Shown here piece after piece: positions 18,643-28,309 of a stretch of 64,000 nucleotides of DNA. The stretch spans positions 16,211 to 80,210 of the forward strand of contig MHHQ01000009.1 of NCBI GenBank assembly GCA_001817065.1. Reading direction: 5' to 3'. The notes under the pieces are model-generated. The model ran no database searches. It saw only the letters and a program-made list of their open reading frames with translations, and was not told the origin of the DNA. Source of the stretch: Candidatus Andersenbacteria bacterium RIFCSPHIGHO2_02_FULL_46_16 (GTDB lineage: Bacteria > Patescibacteriota > Andersenbacteria > UBA10190). Positions within the stretch are counted from its first letter, which is position 1. Each line of letters opens with the position of its first letter. The translations under genes and the position numbers were made by a program.

Positions 18643-20526
18643 ATGCGATCAGACAAAATAGTAATTGGCGCTAGGCGGATAGGTGAAGGCGAACCAGTAT
18701 TTATAATTGCCGAGGCCTCGATTAATCATAACGGGAGCATCAAACGGGCGCGACAGTTGATCAAAGCGGCAGCTGCTACTGGGGCCGACGCAGTGAAGTT
18801 CCAGAAGCGTAATTTGGAGGAAGTTTACCAGAAAAAACTGTTAGATAATCCCAATAGTGCTGAACAGAAATATCAATATTTGATTCCTTTGCTAAAGGAA
18901 TTTGAGTTGCCGGATGAAGCATTTGTAGAGCTGGAAAAATATGCGGAAGAGCTAGGTATCATTTTTCTGGTTAATGGCTGGGACGTGAAGAGTGTGGGAT
19001 GGATTGAAGATAATTTGCATATTCCGGTACATAAAGTCGGGTCGCCGGACATGACTAATGACGAGCTGCTGGAAGTTATCGCAGCGACCAAGAAGCCGAT
19101 GATTGTTTCAACGGGGATGAGCAGGGAAGAGGAAATTGACCATATGGTGCTGCTGCTGCAAGGTTTAGGCACCAAGTTTGCTTTGATGCATACAAACAAT
19201 ATTTATCCGGCACCGTTTGATGAAATTAATTTGAAGTTTATGGATCGGCTGCGTAAATATGGTCTGCCGGTAGGTTATTCTGGTCATGAGCGAGGGATAG
19301 CGGTAGCGATCGCAGCTGTCGCGCGCGGAGCTGTGATTGTCGAACGTCATTTGACGGTCGACCGTTTACTGGAGGGGCCAGATCACAAAGCCAGTTTACT
19401 GCCAGAGGAGTTTAAGGAAATGGTAACGAGCATTCAACAGGTGGAGAAGTCCTTAGGGGATGGGCAGAAAAGGTTTATTCGGATAGAACAAATGAATCGG
19501 GAGCAACTGGGCAAGAGTATTGTGGCAAAAACTTTTATCAGTGATGGAACGGTCATTACCCGGGACATGTTGATGACCAGGAGTCCCGCGAAGGGTTTAT
19601 CGCCGCAAAGGATGGAAGAAGTAGTGGGGGTCATAGCACCCCGCGATATACCCGCGGGCGAAGCTTTGATGGAGGATGATTTAACAGCGGACGAGATATT
19701 ACAAACATTCAACGGACATGGTATACCATTGAAATGGGGACCAGTGGTTCGGCTGCGTGAGGATTTTGAACGATATATGGGTTTTGAACCCAAGGTCTTT
19801 GAGTTTCATTTAAGTGATAAAGATTTGGATGAGGAAGTGCCCCAGGGTAAATTTCAGCAAGAGGTGGTCGTGCATGCGCCAGAGTATATGCACCGGCTGT
19901 ATTTGAATCCGGCGACGGAGAATAAGGAAGAGCGGCAAATTGCCATTAAGACATTACAGCGCAGTATCCAGGTAGCGGAGCAGCTGGCCGAATCGTTCAA
20001 GGGACCGGCGAAGTTAGTGATTCATCCTTGCGGCGTAACCTTGCAACCGGCGACGGATGCGGCAAAGCTGCTAGAAATATTTGTGGATACACTGCAGCAG
20101 CTAAAGACGAATAATGTTGAACTGCTGCCGGAGAATATGCCGCCGCGGCCCTGGGTATTTGGGGGAGAGTGGGTAGGTAATATATTTCTGCTGGATGAAG
20201 AAATTAAACGGTTTCTAAATCAGACGGGACATAAGATGTGTTTTGACACATCACATGCAGCACTGGCGTGTAATGCTGCCGGTTATGATTTAATAAGAAT
20301 GGTACGAGAATTAAAACCTTATATTCGCCATTTGCATGTGTCTGATGCTAGCGGGATTGGGGATGAAGGATTACAAATTGGTGAAGGGACAATTGATTGG
20401 GCGAAGGTATTTAGGGAGTTAGAAGGTTATCAGTATACGATGGTACCAGAAATATGGCAGGGACATTTGCATGGCGGAAAAGGTTTTTTGCAGGGAATGG
20501 AGCATTTGCGTAAATATTGGCAATAA
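18643..20526 (+). CDS. neuB: N-acetylneuraminate synthase family (NeuB+SAF) fused to xylose-isomerase-like TIM barrel
   Basis: IIAEASINHNG, AVKFQKR, GYSGHE, IVERHLT, DHKASL; C-terminal ENMPP, CFDTSH, HLHVSD, VPEIWQGH. Confidence 0.9.
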   Translation: MRSDKIVIGARRIGEGEPVFIIAEASINHNGSIKRARQLIKAAAATGADAVKFQKRNLEEVYQKKLLDNPNSAEQKYQYLIPLLKEFELPDEAFVELEKYAEELGIIFLVNGWDVKSVGWIEDNLHIPVHKVGSPDMTNDELLEVIAATKKPMIVSTGMSREEEIDHMVLLLQGLGTKFALMHTNNIYPAPFDEINLKFMDRLRKYGLPVGYSGHERGIAVAIAAVARGAVIVERHLTVDRLLEGPDHKASLLPEEFKEMVTSIQQVEKSLGDGQKRFIRIEQMNREQLGKSIVAKTFISDGTVITRDMLMTRSPAKGLSPQRMEEVVGVIAPRDIPAGEALMEDDLTADEILQTFNGHGIPLKWGPVVRLREDFERYMGFEPKVFEFHLSDKDLDEEVPQGKFQQEVVVHAPEYMHRLYLNPATENKEERQIAIKTLQRSIQVAEQLAESFKGPAKLVIHPCGVTLQPATDAAKLLEIFVDTLQQLKTNNVELLPENMPPRPWVFGGEWVGNIFLLDEEIKRFLNQTGHKMCFDTSHAALACNAAGYDLIRMVRELKPYIRHLHVSDASGIGDEGLQIGEGTIDWAKVFRELEGYQYTMVPEIWQGHLHGGKGFLQGMEHLRKYWQ

Positions 20527-20581
20527 GAATAATGAGTAAGATGATATTTTAAAAATAATTTTTACTAGATAGTCTAATAAT

Positions 20582-21370
20582 ATGTATAAGCTGAGAAAAT
20601 TTTATCCACCGGGATTTGATCCGCAGCAGTATTGGGAGGATAGATATGCACAGGAGCACATTGCAGGTCGGAGCAGCGATGAGTTTCGTAAACAAGGTTT
20701 TTGGCCACTAATGGAGCGTCATTTGCCGCGGGATAAAAAAGTGTTAGATGCTGGTTGCGGAGTCGGGGGATGGATTGTTTTTTTGAAGGAGGAGGGTTAT
20801 GACATCGAAGGCATTGATAACGCAGCGCGCATGGTTCGAGCAATGACGGAGTATGATCCTGACCTAAAGGTGAAGATAGCGGCGATTGATGCTATCCCCT
20901 ATCCAAACAACTGTTTTGGGGGAGTGGTAGCGGTCGGTACGCTAGAGTATGTAGAAGATAAGGTGGATGAGGCATTAAGAGAAGTGAATCGTGTTTTGAT
21001 GCCCAATGGAATATTCTTTTTGGAGGTACCAATTATCAATGGCTTGCGGCGATTTTTTTATATTCCATTGAAAGATCTAGAGAGGTGGCTCAAGGGAAAA
21101 AATAATCGACCGGTTTTCGCTAATTATTTCTTCGGTCGTCAGGAGTTAAGAAGGAAACTAGACGAGGCTGGTTTTACGGTTATTACAGAGCAGCCGCATG
21201 AACTGCCAGATGATCATAGTCATTATGGTCTGTACGTGGATTGGAAATGGTTACGAGGAAGCCAGCCTTATCGGCTAAATATTGTTGGGTTAGCCATAAA
21301 AAAATTAGCCAACATTGTATCACCATGGATAGCTTCAACAGGAATGGTGATAGTCGCTAAGAAGCGTTGA
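20582..21370 (+). CDS. Class I SAM-dependent methyltransferase
   Basis: VLDAGCGVG, EGID, RVLMPNG. Confidence 0.88.
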   Translation: MYKLRKFYPPGFDPQQYWEDRYAQEHIAGRSSDEFRKQGFWPLMERHLPRDKKVLDAGCGVGGWIVFLKEEGYDIEGIDNAARMVRAMTEYDPDLKVKIAAIDAIPYPNNCFGGVVAVGTLEYVEDKVDEALREVNRVLMPNGIFFLEVPIINGLRRFFYIPLKDLERWLKGKNNRPVFANYFFGRQELRRKLDEAGFTVITEQPHELPDDHSHYGLYVDWKWLRGSQPYRLNIVGLAIKKLANIVSPWIASTGMVIVAKKR

Positions 21371-21395
21371 CTAATTTTTACTTGGTAACATCAGA

Positions 21396-21491
21396 TTAAA
21401 AACCTCCGCCAAAAACAGCGAGACCGACCGTAAGTGCAATGAAAACAAGTAGAGCGAAAGTTAGCCACTGCATCGTATTTTGCTCATTCAT
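21396..21491 (-). CDS. 31-aa single-TM microprotein (not in ORF track)
   Basis: MNEQNTMQWLTFALLVFIALTVGLAVFGGGF with perfect GGAGGTGATCC SD. Confidence 0.7.
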   Translation of the reverse strand: MNEQNTMQWLTFALLVFIALTVGLAVFGGGF

Positions 21492-21716
21492 GAAGGATCA
21501 CCTCCCGTAGTTTATCTATAAAAGATAGATAACTAGTAATTATTAGTTTACCTCAATTTGTTTGAAGTGGCGAATAAGGTGTTTCCATAGACTTGAAGAG
21601 GTAAAGTGAGAGAGAAAGTAGTCAAATGCGGTGCAACTAAAGATGCGCTATACTTGACTTATAGACGATAACGCGTAGTCTTCTACTTTATTAGTATACG
21701 TCTTTAGCTTGAGCAA

Positions 21717-22469
21717 ATGAGCAGAGAAAACAAAAGTCTAAAAGGCAAGGTGGTGGTACTGACCGGTGGTGTCGGATTTTTAGGTCAGTACTTTAGTCGC
21801 TTATTGCGGGAAGTCGGGGTAGTCGTGATAGTGACTGATGTGGCTAAAGAAGCTGATGTGATAATGGACGTTACTGATCAAGACTCAATTGATCAAGGAT
21901 TAAAGGAGATTAGGCAGGAACAAGGGAAGATTGATGTGGTTATAAATAACGCAGCCATCGATCCTAAGTTTGATATTGGGGCGGCGCAGAATAAATACGA
22001 GTTTGTAAATTATCCAGAGGAGGCCATGCAGCAAAGTGTTAATGTTAATTTGCTGGGGACCTGGCGGGTTTGTAAGACAGCGATAAAAATTATGTGCGAG
22101 CAAGGCTTTGGCAATATTGTGAATGTAGCTTCGTTTTATGGAGTAACACCGCCGCGACAGGAAATCTATCCGACCGGCACAGAAAAACCGGTTGATTATC
22201 CGGTGACGAAAGCTGGAGTGATTATGCTGAGCAGACACATTGCGTCGCAGTTTGGCCGGGATGGGATCAGGTGTAATGTTTTAGCGCCGGGGGGAGTGGT
22301 TAGGGAACAGGCCAAGGATTTTCAGGAGAAATACAGTGAACACACGTCGTTAGGGCGGATGTCTACACCAGAGGAAGTAAGTGATGCGTTATTGTTTCTG
22401 GTAAGTGATAATTCTCGCGGGATGACCGGTGAAGTGCTGGTAGTGGACGCTGGCTGGCGATCTAGATAA
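21717..22469 (+). CDS. SDR family oxidoreductase (nonulosonate-pathway associated, PtmA-like)
   Basis: TGGVGFLG, NNAA, YPVTK catalytic motif. Confidence 0.88.
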   Translation: MSRENKSLKGKVVVLTGGVGFLGQYFSRLLREVGVVVIVTDVAKEADVIMDVTDQDSIDQGLKEIRQEQGKIDVVINNAAIDPKFDIGAAQNKYEFVNYPEEAMQQSVNVNLLGTWRVCKTAIKIMCEQGFGNIVNVASFYGVTPPRQEIYPTGTEKPVDYPVTKAGVIMLSRHIASQFGRDGIRCNVLAPGGVVREQAKDFQEKYSEHTSLGRMSTPEEVSDALLFLVSDNSRGMTGEVLVVDAGWRSR

Positions 22470-23411
22470 TTAAACAGAAGGCCAATGGGCCGGATCGACT
22501 AAGTTGGGATCGGCAATGGCTAGGTTGGATAGTTTGCCCAATACTGGTGGGCTAAGAGGGCCTTCTTTGATAGCAGACAGGGCGCTATGTAAATGCCGTG
22601 GTTCGATGGTGCCAATTAATATAGTGGAGACAGCGGGATGGGAGGTGGCAAAGCGGATGGCTAAGCTGGGCAAGTCGGTGGATAATTTTTTAGCTATGGC
22701 AGCGGCTTGGGCGGAATTTTCTTTTAGGGGATCTAAGGCGGGAGGAAGGTGCCAGACGGAGGAGGTGAGAGCTCCTTTTAATAAAACTGACCGATTAATG
22801 ATGCCAATATTACTGGCAAAAGCAGCGGGAAAGACTTGAGCTGCCATGCGTTGGTCAAGAATGCTGTAAGCAGTTTGAATGGTAGAGAAAAAGTTGGTTT
22901 CAATGGCAGCGAGGGGTGCATCGGTGCCGCGTGTGGCAATACCGATATGCTGTATTTTCCCCTCATCCTTTATACGTCGCAAAATATCTATTAATTCTCC
23001 ACGTTCCAACTGCTCGGCGGATCCGCCATGCAGCTGTAACAGCTGGAGGGAATCGGTGCGCAGGCGCCTAAGGCTTTCTTCTACCTCGCTCCTGATAGCC
23101 TGCTCCAATTCCGGGCCGCGCGGATCCTGGCCTTTTTCTAAAAATTGAGCACACTTGGTGCCAATAACAATTTGAGGCAGGCGAGCTATGCCAGATCGTC
23201 CGATACGTTCTTCTGCGACGCCATAGCTATGGGCAGTATCGAAATAGGTGATACCTAAGTCTACAGCGGTTTTAAGGATGCGATCTGCTTCTTTGTCAGT
23301 GGGAAGAGTAGTGACTCCAATACCATAAGGCAGACCAATCTCAACAGTTCCAAGACCAATGGAAGAAACATTTAATTTGGTGGAACCTAAGGGGTGACTG
23401 GTTAATGCCAT
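22470..23411 (-). CDS. Aldo/keto reductase
   Basis: IGLGT, FDTAHSYG, SLRRLRTD..LLQLH. Confidence 0.88.
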   Translation of the reverse strand: MALTSHPLGSTKLNVSSIGLGTVEIGLPYGIGVTTLPTDKEADRILKTAVDLGITYFDTAHSYGVAEERIGRSGIARLPQIVIGTKCAQFLEKGQDPRGPELEQAIRSEVEESLRRLRTDSLQLLQLHGGSAEQLERGELIDILRRIKDEGKIQHIGIATRGTDAPLAAIETNFFSTIQTAYSILDQRMAAQVFPAAFASNIGIINRSVLLKGALTSSVWHLPPALDPLKENSAQAAAIAKKLSTDLPSLAIRFATSHPAVSTILIGTIEPRHLHSALSAIKEGPLSPPVLGKLSNLAIADPNLVDPAHWPSV

Positions 23412-23483
23412 ATTTGCAGCGTAGCATATTGAGAGAAATTACTATCTATTCAGAGTCCAAATGCGTATGCGTGAAGGCAGAGG

Positions 23484-24127
23484 TTAAGTTAATAGACGAA
23501 GTGGCACTTTAATAATAATTTTTTGCACAAAAGTAGTAGAGGGATGAGAAAAACCAGGCCGGTGGGCGTCATAGGGGAAAAGAATTGCGACATAGCGGGG
23601 CAGCATGGGAATAGATTGGGCGGCTGGTGTGGGATTGTATAGGACATAGTCTTCTTGGTCATTCCGCGAGACTGATATTAGACCGTCGACGGGAACTACT
23701 TGAATGATTTCGCTACCCGATAAACAAATATGGACATCTATAGATGTCACATTATGAAATGCCACTCTTAAATAAACGGGTGGCGGCGCGGGGGACCCCC
23801 ACCGAGCGCCTGCAGGCTGCCCGCCTGGCAGGCCGAAGCCGTCGGGTGGGGGTGCAGCGCCGACAGGGCCCGTCACTATATTTGTGGCATTTCATAATGT
23901 GACTTCCATATGTGACGCATATGTGACTCATATTTATCAGAGCTGGACTTTGTGGTGGGTATGGTTTTTAAATAAGCTTTAATGGTTGGGAGATTCGGAT
24001 TAATAAAAGTGTTGTTTTGATCGGAGAGCGGTATCTGAGTAAGCCAGGTAAAAACGGTGCGCCAAGCGGGATGTGGCAGTTGTTCATACACCTGGGCAAG
24101 GTTGTCCAGATCGCCAATGATAGACAT
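23484..24127 (-). pseudogene. YhcH/YjgK/YiaL (NanQ-like) gene disrupted by a MITE
   Basis: Removing 23741-23910 restores YESHMRHI-DVHICLSGSE...FPYDAHRP...KIIIKV in one frame. Confidence 0.85.
23741..23908. mobile_element. 168-bp MITE with 25-bp TIRs and TA duplication (family A, IS630-like)
   Basis: tagatgtcacattatgaaatgccac ... gtggcatttcataatgtgacttcca; TA both sides; relative at 56642-56861. Confidence 0.88.
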
Positions 24128-24222
24128 AGGTTTGTCTTTAGGATAACCATTTAACTAGTAAAAGGAATATATTGGTAGCAACACGGCTTGCGGTGCTGGT
24201 CAATCAATGGTATAGAGAACGC

Positions 24223-25086
24223 ATGAGTCAGCAAAGCGATAATCCAAAGAGGGAACTGATAGAAACGGTGGCGATTATTCCGGCGCGGGGAGGCAAACAG
24301 AGCATCCCCTACAAAAATTTACAAAAACTTGGGGGGAGGACTCTGTTGGCATGGGCGGTAGAAGTGGCCTTAGCGGCTGAGAGCGTGGATGCTGTGTTAG
24401 TATCAACGGAAGACAAGAAGATAGCCCAAGAAGCAGAAAGGTTGGGAGCAATAGTAGTTCCCCGGCCAAAAAAATATTCGCAACCTCAGAGCAGCGATGC
24501 CGGTTGGTATTCCCATGCGGTGGACTGGATGGAAACAGAAAAAGGCTGGAAACCGGAATTATTGGTTAATTTACGGCCAACTAGTCCACTGCGGTTCGTG
24601 TATGATGTGGAGGCGATGGTTAAGTATATGAAGAACAATCCGCAGGCGGATGGTCTAAAAAGCGTTGTCTCGGCGCCTATACATCCTTATAAAATGTGGG
24701 TATTTGCTGGTGAAAACAGTGTCAATAATGATGAGTCAGGCTTATCAGGATCACAGGACGAAGATAGTGGCCGGGAATTAGCGGTTGGTGGGGCAGGGAC
24801 CCTTAAAGGAGTCTTTGATAATGATTTTCGCCGGCTGCATGGACCAGACCACCCCCGACAAAAAATACAAAAAAGCTGGCCGGTTTATTGGCAGGATGGG
24901 CAGGTAGATATTACACGTCGGCGTTTTGTTTTGCGCCCAGAATGTTTACAGTACAATAATGTTTGGGGAGAAAACTTGCATGGCTATGTGCTGGATCCGC
25001 GAACGAGTACCGACTTAGATACACTGGAGGATTTTCACCGAGCAGAAAAAATATATAAAGAGCTGCAAAAAGAACGAGGCAATTAA
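24223..25086 (+). CDS. neuA: Acylneuraminate cytidylyltransferase
   Basis: AIIPARGGKQSIPYKN, VSTED, LRPTSPLR, DLDTLEDF. Confidence 0.9.
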   Translation: MSQQSDNPKRELIETVAIIPARGGKQSIPYKNLQKLGGRTLLAWAVEVALAAESVDAVLVSTEDKKIAQEAERLGAIVVPRPKKYSQPQSSDAGWYSHAVDWMETEKGWKPELLVNLRPTSPLRFVYDVEAMVKYMKNNPQADGLKSVVSAPIHPYKMWVFAGENSVNNDESGLSGSQDEDSGRELAVGGAGTLKGVFDNDFRRLHGPDHPRQKIQKSWPVYWQDGQVDITRRRFVLRPECLQYNNVWGENLHGYVLDPRTSTDLDTLEDFHRAEKIYKELQKERGN

Positions 25087-25204
25087 AGAAAAATTGTCAG
25101 GCGGTTTTTATATTGTCTGGCGATAGACTTTAGTTTAGTGCGGCAGGTAGTTTTTGCTTGCTTTGACTGGGTCAGATTAGCCGAGCAGAAACCAAATAGT
25201 CTAA

Positions 25205-25525
25205 TTATTTTTGACGAAGCTCGTCTTCCAAATCTTTCATTCCCGCTGGCCCTTTTTGAGCGGCTTGTTCAATCTTGGAGCGAAGGTTAGCTGGCATCTT
25301 GGCTAGAAGCCCCTGCATTAAGTCTTCTGCTGTCACTGTGTCGTGATCGACGAGACGTGCTTGGTTTTCAGCCGCCTTGGTGAGTTGCTTTCGTACGGTT
25401 CCCTTCAACGCACTGGGTACGGGTGCTTGGCTGAGGGCTTTTTCTAAAGCTTGGGAAGCTGTGGGGTCCCAAGAGAGTGTTTTAGTGACACTTGGAGAGC
25501 TTTTTTTGGAAAATAATTTAAACAT
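25205..25525 (-). CDS. Small protein with PCP_red-like (protochlorophyllide reductase C-terminal) helical domain
   Basis: WDPTASQALE...VP..LKGTVRK...ENQAR...VTAED pattern. Confidence 0.6.
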   Translation of the reverse strand: MFKLFSKKSSPSVTKTLSWDPTASQALEKALSQAPVPSALKGTVRKQLTKAAENQARLVDHDTVTAEDLMQGLLAKMPANLRSKIEQAAQKGPAGMKDLEDELRQK

Positions 25526-25647
25526 ATTCCTTACTGTAATCGAGTGGCATAAAAGGTAAAGAGTAAAAATAGCGAAATGACTAATTGAAGTGGAAAATTA
25601 AGGATAAAGGTGAGAGAAAAATGAATTTTATTGTATGATGAACCGCG

Positions 25648-26379
25648 ATGATAAAACAATCAACAATGAAGGGACAAATTATAGTGCAGGGACGGAGGTA
25701 TGAATATACACTGCGGCGAAATAGGCGAGCTAGGCGTTTGATACTAAAAGTTGGTCCGGTCGGGGACATAGTGGCAGTTATGCCGTGGCGTGTGTCCAGG
25801 AAAGTAGCGGAAGAATTTGTTTTAAGTAAGGCAAAGTGGCTGGATCAAGCCATAAAGAAACAAGAAGAAAAACCTGTGCAGCCATTGGTTGAATTTAGAT
25901 CGGGGGCTTGGCTGCCAATATTGGGGGACATGATACAGCTGTTGGTGACGGTCGAAAAAGATCGTCAGCGGACAAGTTTTATAGAAGAGGGTAATATGCT
26001 GCGAGTGGCGGTGTCACAATTCGCAGGAGTCAAGAAGGCGCTAGCCAAGTGGTATTGGACGAGAGTGAAAGGATATGTTAAAAAACGGGCAGATGATCTG
26101 GCCGATCAGATGGGGTTACGAATAGATAAGATTGTGATATCAAGTGCCAAGTCCCAATGGGGCAGTTGTATAAAAAGCAAAGGGAGGATTTCTATCCAGT
26201 GGAGACTAGCTCAAGCACCGCTCGGTGTGATTGATTATGTCATTACCCATGAAGTAATGCATTTAAAGTGCAGCGGTCACGGGAAGGATTTTTGGCAGGG
26301 AGTGGAAGAGGTCTGTCCGGATTATCGGGAACGGCGGCGGTGGCTGAAGGAGAACGGACATCGATTGTATTGGCGATGA
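25648..26379 (+). CDS. YgjP/DUF45 (SprT-like, M48) metallo-hydrolase
   Basis: SQWGSC, IDYVITHEVMHL, H..DFW. Confidence 0.88.
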   Translation: MIKQSTMKGQIIVQGRRYEYTLRRNRRARRLILKVGPVGDIVAVMPWRVSRKVAEEFVLSKAKWLDQAIKKQEEKPVQPLVEFRSGAWLPILGDMIQLLVTVEKDRQRTSFIEEGNMLRVAVSQFAGVKKALAKWYWTRVKGYVKKRADDLADQMGLRIDKIVISSAKSQWGSCIKSKGRISIQWRLAQAPLGVIDYVITHEVMHLKCSGHGKDFWQGVEEVCPDYRERRRWLKENGHRLYWR

Positions 26380-26478
26380 TGCAGTTTAGGATTGTTGCGA
26401 ATAAGGCACTTGTCGAGCAAGGTGTGATTTTTAATTAGTGTTTGACACTTGTTTATACCAGTAAATTTTACAATTTAT

Positions 26479-26702
26479 TCCACTGCGCAGAAAACCACGC
26501 CGCCGGTGGCGGGGGTGGATGAATCAGCGTCGCCAAGGCTTTGGCAGACAAGGAATGGGATAACCTCGCACTACCATTCAAAGCTCCGTGAGTAAGTGGG
26601 GTAGATAGTTGGTTGCTACGCGGGATTCCGCTATCCCACCCAGGGGGCGGGATGCCCCGTTATCGCGGGGACCGCCCCGCCTGCGGCGGGGTGGGGCTCC
26701 AT
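26479..26702 (+). mobile_element. Non-autonomous IS200/IS605-like element (family C)
   Basis: Follows TTAT, ends GGGGCTCCAT, subterminal hairpins, homologous to 7210-7427. Confidence 0.72.
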
Positions 26703-26762
26703 AGGTTGTAAACAAGACATTAGGCTGATTGGTATGAGCTCACAAGACTGAAATGACGCCTG

Positions 26763-26928
26763 GCACAGCCGGCCCTATTCGCTCATTCTCTCTCGCCCCA
26801 GCGGCTCGTTGAGAGAGGAGTTCGGCCTGGTTGCCACGCCTACGCATGCAGCCTGCCGTCCGGCAGGCAGGCTTCGGCGGGGACCAGGCCGAAAAGACCT
26901 CACAATTCGCTCCTAGCACTGGCTGTGC
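26763..26928. repeat. Structured GC-rich composite element with short TIRs and nested palindromes
   Basis: gcacagcc...ggctgtgc ends; internal ttcggcctggt/accaggccgaa stem; nested cctgccgtccggcaggcagg. Confidence 0.5.
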
Positions 26929-27031
26929 GATGCTGGGTTAGCTAGGTTACTCGGGTTGGTGAGTAGATAAACTGATTGTGTTGACAGCCGAATAGATATA
27001 TGGTAGTCTATTAGTGATAATAATTTACTAA

Positions 27032-27331
27032 ATGGTTATGGCGTTCATAACAGGGGGGAACACAATGGTAATGGCGAGTGTGACGATGGGATTGATGCTT
27101 GTCGTATTAATGTTTTTGGTGTTATCGGCTTTTAATTTCGACAATTTGTTATCGGTGGCCAATATTGGCGGGAAGGGAGAACAAGAGAATGAGGAACCGG
27201 CACCTGAGCAGGTGACTGAGGAGCCAACGTTGGATGCGGAAGTAGCGCGTCAATTGTTAGGTTTTGTGGATTACCCGGTGGTAAAAGTGCGACCGACAGT
27301 GATCAGTTTATTCTCACCGGAAGCGCGATAA
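27032..27331 (+). CDS. Hypothetical single-TM protein
   Basis: Hydrophobic N-terminus, acidic linker; start may be internal. Confidence 0.55.
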   Translation: MVMAFITGGNTMVMASVTMGLMLVVLMFLVLSAFNFDNLLSVANIGGKGEQENEEPAPEQVTEEPTLDAEVARQLLGFVDYPVVKVRPTVISLFSPEAR

Positions 27332-27604
27332 GTTATTGGAAGTCTCAGTGAGGTTGAGATACAGCAAAGATGTGCGTATATTTTCATTGATTTTAACCGC
27401 GACCGTTGTGTGCGAGCGGAGAGGGCTTGCGCGGAGAGTGTTACTTCTGATCAGGGGCATTGGGCCTGTCTGAACGGCCATGATTTTTGGGTTGGAAAAG
27501 AGTTGTCGTATTTAGAGCGGACTACTCAGTAATTATTGGGGGGCAAAAAATACAGCAAAAAATACAGGCTTGGCAAGTACACGGTTATCTGATAAACAGA
27601 CGTT

Positions 27605-28162
27605 ATGTTAGGAATGAATGATATTAAGAAGGGACGGATGGTGGTGTTGGAAGGTCAGCCCTTTTTGGTGATGTCTGCAGACTTTTTAAAGAAGCAACAG
27701 CGGCGTCCGGTGGTGCGAGCAATATTAAAGCACATTAAAACAGGACAAAACAAAGAGCATACGTTTATGCAGTCGGACAAAATCGCGGAAGCGGAGATTG
27801 AACGGCGGCCATTTCAGTTTTTGTATAAAGATGAAAGTGGTTGGCAGTTTATGGACCCAAATACTTATGAACAGGTAATTTTGTCCGACGATGTGGTGGG
27901 TGAAATGGGAAAGTGGTTCGTTGAAGGGCAGGAAGCATCCTTATTAATGTTTGAACAGCAACCGGTTTTAGTGGAGTTGCCGATCAAAATTGACCGTGAG
28001 GTTATTATTGCACCACCGGGTATCAAGGGAGATACTTCGACGAATGTTATGAAAGAAGTCGAAATTGAAGGAGGAACTAAAGTAAAAGCACCGCTTTTTA
28101 TTAAGACAGGCGATAAAATTAGGATTGATACCAGGACGGGAACGTACGTGGAGAGAGCATAG
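27605..28162 (+). CDS. efp: Translation elongation factor P
   Basis: FMDPNTYEQ, PPGIKGDT, PLFIKTGDKIRIDTRTGTYVERA. Confidence 0.95.
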   Translation: MLGMNDIKKGRMVVLEGQPFLVMSADFLKKQQRRPVVRAILKHIKTGQNKEHTFMQSDKIAEAEIERRPFQFLYKDESGWQFMDPNTYEQVILSDDVVGEMGKWFVEGQEASLLMFEQQPVLVELPIKIDREVIIAPPGIKGDTSTNVMKEVEIEGGTKVKAPLFIKTGDKIRIDTRTGTYVERA

Positions 28163-28309
28163 GATTTTTTAGTTGGTGAGGAGCTTTGGTAATGCCTAAA
28201 GTCCAGAGCACAATTCACAAAATCCAAACAAAGCACAAACTGAATAGAATACAAACTTGATCACGCTGTTTGAGATTTGTTAAGTTTGTGTACTGTATTT
28301 TGTTCTTTT

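Noticed and set aside
23484..23876. 130-aa ORF and the similar 56535-56858 ORF sharing GARWG.PAPPP
   Set aside because: Shared peptide is read-through of the family A MITE, not a protein family
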